Positions 1 to 6,055 of a stretch of 10,634 nucleotides of DNA are shown one piece after another (positions within the stretch are counted from its first letter, which is position 1; each line of letters opens with the position of its first letter). The stretch covers positions 1 to 10,634 of the forward strand of contig JBGCFM010000250.1 in assembly GCA_045106895.1 (NCBI GenBank). The letters run 5' to 3'. A program made the position numbers and the translations under genes. The notes below the pieces were generated by a model that was not told where the DNA came from, ran no database searches, and was given only the letters and a program-made list of their open reading frames with translations. This DNA is from Polyangiales bacterium (GTDB taxonomy: Bacteria > Myxococcota_A > Polyangia > Polyangiales > Houyiibacteriaceae).

Positions 1-1407
1 GGACTCGTAGAACCAACCGGTTCCGAGGCCTTCACACTCAGGGTTGCTGTCGAGGTTGTTGCCAGCGGCGTCCACCTGACAGACGGTGCAAACTTGACGA
101 CCGTCTTCGTCCGTCTCTCGGAAGAAGCGGCCTCGGTCAGCTACCTGGGAGCAGTCCGTGACGTCACCGTCGAGGGAAAGAACCTCAACGACGTCACAGG
201 TAACGGCGCCTTCGGCGTTCTGGTTGAGTGGGCGTGGAAGGCAGGTAGCGCTGAGAGCGTCAGCGATTTTGTCGATGATGAGCTCAAGAGCGGGGCCGAA
301 GTCGCTCTGACAGATGGACTGGATGACGGCGCCGGCTTCGGCGTCTTCAAGGGAGCGCGCGACGCGCGCGATACGAAGAGCAGGGAAGGCCCTACCTAGA
401 CCGGGAACATCACAGGAAGGAGTGAGCTGCGAAGGCATCGTCGGGTCTGGGCGCTCCACCATGCGTGGGTCACGAACGGACTCGTCGCCGACGAGGGCGT
501 CCCAGTTGGTCGCTTCGCCTGGGCCTGGCGCAAGATCCACGGGAATGCCGACGATGGCGCCGAAGACCAGAAGGTCTGGGCTGCGAAGCGCGAGAAGACC
601 ATCGACATAACGGCTGATGGGGTGCACGGCTTCGTTGGCGTAGCGGCTACAACGAAGGTTGAGGTCGGGGTCCGTGAAGACGGCGCTGTCACGGTTGAAG
701 AGGTCGGGGTTCGACGCGGAGCAGTCATCCTCATCGGTGAGCATGATGATGGCGAGGAGAGAGTCCTCACGAAGGAAGCCTTCGTTGGCGCCGTCGCCGT
801 GGCCGCGGGAGCCGTTCACGAACTGAGCTTCGCCGGACTGCGGCGTAACGGCCTTGAGCACAGCGTCGAGCTGCTGCTCGAAGCCGCAACCCTGCGTTCC
901 GAGGTTGGCGATGCAAGCGACCTGAGCGCCGAAGTCCGCGGCGCTTCCCATCCCAGCTCGGAAGCCCAAGAAGGGAGGTGCGCCGCCGCCGATGGCTGTG
1001 CAGCCCGCGCCCATGACAGCGCGGTTGAGGATGCCGTCGTCACCGAAGTTTGGTTCGTTGCAGGTCGGGATGGTGAAACCGCCGGTGCCCATGTCGGAGC
1101 TCACGACGCCGACGCGAAGGTCGTTGACCGCCGGAAAGACACGGTCGCCGGACATGCCGGATGCGAGCACGGTGACCAAGCCGGGAATCTCCGAAGCCAG
1201 GGAGGCCTGCTCCTCAGACATCGAACCCGAGTTGTCGATCATGAAGAGAAGGTCGACCTTGTCGACGTTCGTGACCGGAACACGAATCTGGACACCATTG
1301 ATGGTGCATGGGTTGAGCGGACGCAGCTCGCGCTGCGTGCAGCCAACGAGGGCGCTGAGCCCCAGCAGGGCTACGAGTGCGGAAAGCTTATTTCGGTTCA
1401 CAAACAC
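1..1407 (-). CDS. Cys-rich VWA (MIDAS) domain lipoprotein, 3' end outside the window
   Basis: Hand-translated and open from GTG 1407 (alternative GTG 1401) to the window edge, 469 codons with no stop. Sequence begins MFVNRNKLSALVALLGLSALVGC (lipobox LVGC), then TQRELRPLNPC...KVDLLFMIDNSGSMSEEQ (MIDAS DxSxS), LRVGVVSSDMG, GCGFEQQL, FLREDSLLAIIMLTDEDDCS, QSICQSDF, GRQVCTV, GWFYES. Collinear with the neighbouring paralog. Confidence 0.9.
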   Translation of the reverse strand, partial: MFVNRNKLSALVALLGLSALVGCTQRELRPLNPCTINGVQIRVPVTNVDKVDLLFMIDNSGSMSEEQASLASEIPGLVTVLASGMSGDRVFPAVNDLRVGVVSSDMGTGGFTIPTCNEPNFGDDGILNRAVMGAGCTAIGGGAPPFLGFRAGMGSAADFGAQVACIANLGTQGCGFEQQLDAVLKAVTPQSGEAQFVNGSRGHGDGANEGFLREDSLLAIIMLTDEDDCSASNPDLFNRDSAVFTDPDLNLRCSRYANEAVHPISRYVDGLLALRSPDLLVFGAIVGIPVDLAPGPGEATNWDALVGDESVRDPRMVERPDPTMPSQLTPSCDVPGLGRAFPALRIARVARSLEDAEAGAVIQSICQSDFGPALELIIDKIADALSATCLPRPLNQNAEGAVTCDVVEVLSLDGDVTDCSQVADRGRFFRETDEDGRQVCTVCQVDAAGNNLDSNPECEGLGTGWFYES

Positions 1408-1434
1408 TTAGTTTCTCACTTTCGGGTACGTACA

Positions 1435-1518
1435 TTCGCCTGGACTAGTTTGCCCTTTGAGGTTCGCCCCTGAGGGCCGCCAGCTGAGGGCTGCCTGGCG
1501 AGCGACTGCCGCGGCAAG
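1435..1518. repeat. Degenerate ~14-bp tandem repeat array upstream of VWA gene 1
   Basis: On the + strand, GCC cores start at 1438, 1452, 1466, 1479, 1493 and 1508. TGAGG(G) occurs at 1458, 1471 and 1485, and CGAGCG at 1499. Minus-strand units: CGCTCGCCAGGCAG / CCCTCAGCTGGCGG / CCCTCAGGGGCGAA / CCTCAAAGGGCAAA / CTAGTCCAGGCGAA. Confidence 0.45.
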
Positions 1519-1634
1519 ATAGCGGCTTTGGTGCTTTGGGATCAACGTGATTACGGAATGGGGGGTAGGAGCAGGTCTTCTTATCAGGTCCGGCCCCTCA
1601 TTTAGGTTGGGGAACCTTCGCCCACTTAGAGTAG

Positions 1635-1651
1635 AGCGAAGGTCGTGCCAA
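1635..1651 (-). promoter_or_regulatory. sigma54 (-24/-12) promoter facing VWA gene 1
   Basis: Minus strand reads TTGGCACGACCTTCGCT. This is a perfect TGGCACG -24 box with GG-N10-GC spacing; the -12 box TCGCT is one mismatch from TTGCW. It is intergenic and correctly oriented. Predicted TSS ~1624. Confidence 0.75.
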
Positions 1652-1698
1652 CTTGGTTCGTGGCGAAAATAAGCGTTTTTGGCCGAAATGAGAGAACG

Positions 1699-1741
1699 AC
1701 CGCCAACGAAGTTGACGATCGCTCTCGATGGAGTTGGCGGT
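1699..1741. promoter_or_regulatory. Palindromic element: candidate enhancer (UAS) and/or RNA hairpin 3' of VWA gene 2
   Basis: CGCCAAC-GAA-GTTGACG (1701-1717) is a 7-3-7 near-perfect palindrome. A further half-site GTTGGCG (1733-1739) lies 22 bp from GTTGACG. ACCGCCAAC (1699-1707) and GTTGGCGGT (1733-1741) form a perfect 9-bp inverted repeat. The element sits about -75 to -117 from the predicted sigma54 TSS. Confidence 0.5.
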
Positions 1742-1754
1742 GCTGCCCGATCCC

Positions 1755-3167
1755 CTACTCGCCGATGGGACTCCCATCCACCGGCGCCTCGACATCGACA
1801 AGGCACGCGAGGTCGATCTTCGTGCCCCGGGGAGGCGCGTTTTCGAGTGGGAAATACGCGACCTGCTCGCAGGTGGGATTGGACACATCATAGCGCCAGC
1901 CTTCGGTCTGGCCGCGAACGGCCTGGAGAACCTCGCAGACCTGCCGTCCCTGCTCGTTGATTTCAACGAACACACGGGCTGGATAGTCGGCGCAGACTTC
2001 GCCCTCAGGGAGTGTCTCGATGACATCACAGACGACGGCGCCATCGGCATCCGGCGTCAGGGAGCGGTTTGCGCAGATAAAGCCGACACGTGCGCCAATG
2101 CGTGCGGTGAGCTCGGTGATGGCGGGCTGGTAGCTTTCGGCGCAGATGCTGCGAACCAAGGAGCCTTCGAGCCGCTTTGCGATCTCCAGGTAGCGGCGAC
2201 CGGGCGCAGCCGAACCTTGGACGACGCCGTCGCCGGTGGAGCGTTCGCACGCCACGGCGAGACCCGTGTCCGTCGGGAGGTATTGGTACTGCATTTCCGG
2301 TAGAGCCAAGAGCTCGTCGAAGCTCAGGTCTTCCATGTGGTCGGGCACACCCACGAGCGCAGCGAAGAGGATGTTCGCACGGTCTCGCTCGCCGATGAGT
2401 CCCTCGACGATGGCGTCGACGGGGACCAAGAGGCCGGGTTCGCGGGAACATCGCTGGTTGAGTTGGACACCGACATCCGCCGTCGCGAAGAAGGCGGCGG
2501 GGTCCGAGAGGGAGCAGTCTTCTTCGTCGCTGAGGACAACGATCGCGAGGAGAGAGTCTTCGCGCGGGAACGCCTCGCCGCCAGCCATGAGGCCTTCGGT
2601 GGCTGCGAGAAGTGGCATCTCTAGACCGCAACCATCGATGCCTGCGTCGGCGACGCAGGCGACGCGATCGGCGAACTCGCTTGGGCTATCGCCGTCCTGC
2701 CAGGAGAGGACGCCGCTGCTCTCGGCGCAGCTTTGCCGAAGCTCGCCGTTGTCGCCGAAGTGGCCGTTTTGTTGGCAAATAGGAGGCAGGCGTCGGGTTT
2801 CAGGGTAGCCGAGGCTGCCCATATTCGTGGAGACAATGCCGACTCGAAGAGACTCCACGGCGGCCCACTGAGGCTGGCCGTTTTCATCGAGCGGCGGGTT
2901 TGTGAGCCCCTCGATGAGCCGGGGAATCTCTCGCCGGAGGCTCGCCTGCTCTTGCTCCATCGAGTTCGAGTCATCGATGACGAAGAGCACGTCGACGTCG
3001 CCGATCCCGTCGCCGCCTACTTGCGTTTCAAAGATGCGTGAGACCCTGGGTGCGATGGGCGTGAGTTCGCGTTCGGCGATACACCCTCCAGCGAGGACAG
3101 CGACAGCGGCAGCGGCCGCAACGGCGCTCCAAGGCTGGGACATTCGACTGGGGCTTTCTCTGCGCAT
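1755..3167 (-). CDS. Cys-rich VWA (MIDAS) domain lipoprotein, paralog of the adjacent gene
   Basis: Start reassigned from 3299 to ATG 3167 because GAGGAG lies 5 nt upstream. Signal peptide ...SAVAAAAAVAVLAGGC. Motifs DVLFVIDDSNSMEQEQ (MIDAS), LRVGIVSTNMG, GCGLEMPL, FPREDSLLAIVVLSDEEDCS, RSICAESY, GRQVCEV, GWRYD. 470 aa. Confidence 0.9.
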   Translation of the reverse strand: MRRESPSRMSQPWSAVAAAAAVAVLAGGCIAERELTPIAPRVSRIFETQVGGDGIGDVDVLFVIDDSNSMEQEQASLRREIPRLIEGLTNPPLDENGQPQWAAVESLRVGIVSTNMGSLGYPETRRLPPICQQNGHFGDNGELRQSCAESSGVLSWQDGDSPSEFADRVACVADAGIDGCGLEMPLLAATEGLMAGGEAFPREDSLLAIVVLSDEEDCSLSDPAAFFATADVGVQLNQRCSREPGLLVPVDAIVEGLIGERDRANILFAALVGVPDHMEDLSFDELLALPEMQYQYLPTDTGLAVACERSTGDGVVQGSAAPGRRYLEIAKRLEGSLVRSICAESYQPAITELTARIGARVGFICANRSLTPDADGAVVCDVIETLPEGEVCADYPARVFVEINEQGRQVCEVLQAVRGQTEGWRYDVSNPTCEQVAYFPLENAPPRGTKIDLACLVDVEAPVDGSPIGE

Positions 3168-3303
3168 CACTTCTCCTCGTGCTTGGCGTCTTTGACGACG
3201 CGGTTCGAAAAGTGGTCGTGTGGAGGAGAGGGGTTTTCCAACCTGCTTCACTTTTTTCTCACGCAAAAGAAAAACGGTGGCGCTATCAACGAAGCGCACG
3301 CGC

Positions 3304-3309
3304 TATGGT
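3304..3309 (+). promoter_or_regulatory. Candidate -10 box (TATGGT) of a leaderless transcript
   Basis: TANNNT exactly 6 nt before ATG 3316, with no Shine-Dalgarno sequence. Confidence 0.55.
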
Positions 3310-3315
3310 CTGCGC

Positions 3316-4674
3316 ATGCGCCGAGTACTGGTCGTCGACGACGAAGAGAATATTCGACTCGTTCTTCAGACCTTGCTCGAGAAGAACGGATACGAAGTCA
3401 CCGCGGTCCCGAGCGCCGAAGCCGCGCTGAAGAGCATCGACGAGGTCAGCCCCTCCTTCGTTCTGACGGACGTGCGCATGGGCGGCATGAGTGGCATCGA
3501 GCTTTGCGCCGAGCTGACCACACGAAAGAGCAACGCCACGATCATTGTCATGAGCGCCTTCGGGAGCGTCGACCTCGCCATCGAAGCGATGAAGGCCGGC
3601 GCCTACGACTACGTGAGCAAACCCTTTAAGAAGGACGAAGTTCTCCTCGCTCTGCGAAAAGCGGAAGAGCGGGAGACGCTCAAGACCGAGAACGCGCGCC
3701 TCCGAGAAGTGGTGCGCCAGACTCAGAGCTTCGGCAATATGCTGGGCCAGAGCCCAGCGATGCAGTCCGTGTTTCGCATGGTGGACAAGGTCTCCGCATA
3801 CACGACGACGGTTCTCATTCAGGGCGAGAGCGGCACGGGCAAAGAGCTCGTCGCGCGCGCGGTGCACGCTCATTCTCCGCGCGCGGAGAAGGCTTTCGTC
3901 GCCGTGAACTGCGGAGCGATTCCCGGCGCGCTGCTTGAGAGCGAGCTCTTTGGACACAAACGCGGTGCCTTCACCGACGCCATCGCGGACAAACGCGGTC
4001 TCTTTGAAGAGGCCGATGGCGGCACGCTCTTCCTCGACGAGCTGGGTGAGCTGCCCTTGGAGTTACAAGTTAAGCTCCTGCGCGTTCTCCAAGAGGGGAC
4101 GATGCGTCCCGTCGGCGGCACCCGCGACATCCGCGTTGACGTGCGAGTCGTCGCGGCGACGGTGCGTGACCTCGCGGCGCGCGTCGAAGAAGGAGAGTTT
4201 CGCGAGGACCTCTACTACCGCCTGAATGTGCTTCAGGTGATCGTGCCGCCGCTGCGGGAGCGCGGAGGCGACGTGATGCTCCTCCTCGAACATTTCGTCG
4301 AACAAACCAACAAGCGGCTCGGAACGGCGATTCGTGGTGTTGAAGCGAGCGCCGCGAAGAAGCTCCTCGCCTACCACTGGCCGGGCAATGTGCGGGAACT
4401 CGAGAACCTCGTGGAGCGCGCTGTCGTGCTGAGCGAGAGCGACGAGATCACTTTGGAGGACTTGCCGCCAGCGCTCCGCGAGCCCGCAGACCCGGCAAAG
4501 ATCGTCCTCGCGAGTGGCGACCTCAGCATCAAGAAAATGCAGCGATACATGGAGCGCGAGTTGATCTATCGAGCGCTGGAAAAGACCGGCGGCAACCGAA
4601 CGGCGGCATCCAAGCTCCTTGAGATATCCCACCGTGCGCTTCTGTATAAGCTCAAGGACTACAACCTCAAGTGA
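3316..4674 (+). CDS. sigma54-dependent response regulator (NtrC/AtoC family: receiver + AAA+ + Fis-type HTH)
   Basis: Start reassigned to ATG 3316 (MRRVLVVDDEE). Receiver motifs LTDVRM, MSAF and SKPF. Walker A GESGTGKE; ESELFGH; GAFTDA loop; Walker B LFLDE; FREDLYYRLNV; WPGNVRELEN; HTH GGNRTAASKLLEISHRALLYKL. 452 aa. Confidence 0.97.
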   Translation: MRRVLVVDDEENIRLVLQTLLEKNGYEVTAVPSAEAALKSIDEVSPSFVLTDVRMGGMSGIELCAELTTRKSNATIIVMSAFGSVDLAIEAMKAGAYDYVSKPFKKDEVLLALRKAEERETLKTENARLREVVRQTQSFGNMLGQSPAMQSVFRMVDKVSAYTTTVLIQGESGTGKELVARAVHAHSPRAEKAFVAVNCGAIPGALLESELFGHKRGAFTDAIADKRGLFEEADGGTLFLDELGELPLELQVKLLRVLQEGTMRPVGGTRDIRVDVRVVAATVRDLAARVEEGEFREDLYYRLNVLQVIVPPLRERGGDVMLLLEHFVEQTNKRLGTAIRGVEASAAKKLLAYHWPGNVRELENLVERAVVLSESDEITLEDLPPALREPADPAKIVLASGDLSIKKMQRYMERELIYRALEKTGGNRTAASKLLEISHRALLYKLKDYNLK

Positions 4675-4956
4675 TTCTCCGCCCAGCACGCCGTGCTCTG
4701 CGTTGAGCTGCAGCTCGGCATCCACAGATGCCGTCGCTTTGCTCGCCTTGATCACGACGCGCTGGACGAAGAATCCGAGGAGCTCCGCCCAGCACGCCGT
4801 GCTCTGCGTTGAGTTGCAGCTCGGCATCCACAGATGCCGTCGCTTTGCTCGCCTTGATCACGACGCGCTGGACGAAGAATCCGAGGATCTCCGCCCAGCA
4901 CGCCGTGCTCTGCGTTGAGCGCGCAACGCAGAGTCAGAGGCGCTGGGCGGAGAATC
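4673..4956. repeat. Intergenic palindromic repeat element (REP/BIME- or MITE-like), 2.3 copies of a 106-bp unit
   Basis: CTCCGCCCAGCACGCCGTGCTCTGCGTTGAG starts at 4677, 4783 and 4889 (period 106). Units 1 and 2 differ only at 4708/4814 (C/T) and 4782/4888 (G/T). Perfect 15-bp terminal inverted repeats: GATTCTCCGCCCAGC (4673-4687) and GCTGGGCGGAGAATC (4942-4956). Confidence 0.9.
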
Positions 4957-4957
4957 G

Positions 4958-5332
4958 TTAGACTCGTTTGTCTTTCTTCCATAACTCGAAGCTGCTCTTT
5001 ACGAGGGCTTTGAGTTCGCGGAAGAGTTCGGGGTCACGGGTCTTGAAGTTGAAACACGACTTCCCCTGCATGCGCTTTCGTAGCTCCGGGGACATGTCCT
5101 CAAGGAGCTCCGGGTTCACGTAAACCGGCATCAGGTGAAAGCTCACGAACTTTGTTTTCACCATCGCTGCGCCAAAGAACATGGTCTTCCCCTTCGGGCC
5201 CGGGACCTTGGAGTCTAGGTAGTAGCGCGTGTCGTTGTCCGTTGTGAGCGCCAGCCGTTTCGCATAGGGGGAGAGGATCTTCCGGAGCTCCGCAAAGACA
5301 GTTTCCAGATCGGAGCTTTCGTTTAAGCCCAT
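4958..5332 (-). CDS. DUF1801/YdhG-like small protein
   Basis: 124 aa with the motif VSFHLMPVYVNPELL...SPELRKRMQGKSCFNFK, which I recognise from DUF1801-like proteins. GGAG RBS upstream. Starts 11 bp after the nitroreductase stop, so probably co-transcribed. Confidence 0.75.
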   Translation of the reverse strand: MGLNESSDLETVFAELRKILSPYAKRLALTTDNDTRYYLDSKVPGPKGKTMFFGAAMVKTKFVSFHLMPVYVNPELLEDMSPELRKRMQGKSCFNFKTRDPELFRELKALVKSSFELWKKDKRV

Positions 5333-5343
5333 GAAGGTCTCCG

Positions 5344-5988
5344 CTAGATCGTGATGACAAACTCATCGGCGGGGCGTCGCACTTTGGCCATGCCGCCGAA
5401 GATGTCTTCGGGGTCGCGAACACCTGCCGCGAGCATGACGCTTGTGGTGAGCCCACGCGCGGAGAGTCCGAGGATTCGGTCGATTTCGGAGGCCTTGAAA
5501 CCCTCCATGGGACAGGCGTCGACGCCAAGGAGCGCGCAGGAGTTCAGGAGGTTGCCGAGGACGAGGTACGCTTGCCGGTGAGCCCATTCGATGCGTTCGC
5601 CCGGGTTCTTGGACGCGATGGCGCCACGAACCGCGCCTTCGAAATCGCTGAGGGCTTCGCGGGGAGCGCCGCGGACTTCGGAGATACGGCGCATATAATG
5701 ACCCGCGCTTGTTCCACTGAGCCGGATCTCCGCCGCGATGACGAAGAGCTCGGAGGCGCTCGCAACCTTGGGCTGGGAGAAAGGGACCATCGCTTCGCGC
5801 GTGGCCTTGTCGCGGACATGAACGAGGCGGATCGGCTGAAGCCCCAAGCTCGTCGGCGTGAGGTTCGCCGCCGACTTGAGTGCGTCCACGGTCTCCTTTG
5901 GGAGTGGGTCCGAGAGGAACGATTTGACGGCGTAGCGTCGTTTCAGCGAGGCCAGGAGAGTCTGGGAGGAGACGGGAGAAGAAGACAT
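5344..5988 (-). CDS. FMN-dependent nitroreductase family protein (NfsB-like NAD(P)H oxidoreductase)
   Basis: Motifs RRYAVKSF, LTPTSLGLQP, WAHRQAYLVLGNLL, LGVDACPMEGF and KVRRP. 214 aa. Confidence 0.93.
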   Translation of the reverse strand: MSSSPVSSQTLLASLKRRYAVKSFLSDPLPKETVDALKSAANLTPTSLGLQPIRLVHVRDKATREAMVPFSQPKVASASELFVIAAEIRLSGTSAGHYMRRISEVRGAPREALSDFEGAVRGAIASKNPGERIEWAHRQAYLVLGNLLNSCALLGVDACPMEGFKASEIDRILGLSARGLTTSVMLAAGVRDPEDIFGGMAKVRRPADEFVITI

Positions 5989-5994
5989 TCGCGC

Positions 5995-6000
5995 AACCTA
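5995..6000 (-). promoter_or_regulatory. Candidate -10 box (TAGGTT) of a leaderless transcript
   Basis: Minus strand TAGGTT-GCGCGA-ATG(5988), with no Shine-Dalgarno sequence. Confidence 0.55.
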
Positions 6001-6055
6001 ATGCGTCGCACGGAGAAACGGAAGGGACGGCGAGGGCTGCGCTGCGCTGCGCGTT

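Noticed and set aside
1427..1453. ECF-type promoter GCAAAC-N17-CGTA (minus strand)
   Set aside because: Short, low-information match with no ECF sigma gene nearby. It cannot be distinguished from chance.
1415..1460. c-di-GMP-I riboswitch (minus-strand AAAGGGCAAAC)
   Set aside because: The expected stem-GAAA-stem and GACGCAAAGC continuation are absent.
622..1473. 283-aa plus-strand ORF
   Set aside because: Antisense shadow of VWA gene 1.
1408..1806. 132-aa ORF in frame with VWA gene 1 and separated by one TAA (possible readthrough)
   Set aside because: The translation is not protein-like, the ORF crosses the promoter and the end of gene 2, and gene 1 has its own signal peptide directly after the TAA.
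3168..3315. Overlapping N-terminal extensions given in the ORF track (starts 3299 minus, 3220 plus)
   Set aside because: The RBS, signal peptide and receiver-domain boundary place the starts at 3167 and 3316, so this region is intergenic.
1..4674. Gene symbols cglB, pilR or atoC
   Set aside because: The resemblance is only at family level, and orthology cannot be established without searches.
4677..4920. CRISPR array (three ~31-bp repeats)
   Set aside because: The intervening segments are ~75 bp and almost identical to each other rather than unique spacers. There is no leader and no cas gene.
4889..4956. Classical intrinsic terminator
   Set aside because: Strong hairpin, but no U-tract directly follows it on either strand. 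Kept as part of the repeat element.
4619..4982. Short ORFs crossing the repeat element
   Set aside because: They are translations of the DNA repeat. The 106-bp period is not a multiple of 3, and there is no RBS support.
6036..6050. (GCTGC)x3 microsatellite
   Set aside because: Too short and GC-rich to support phase variation or any function.
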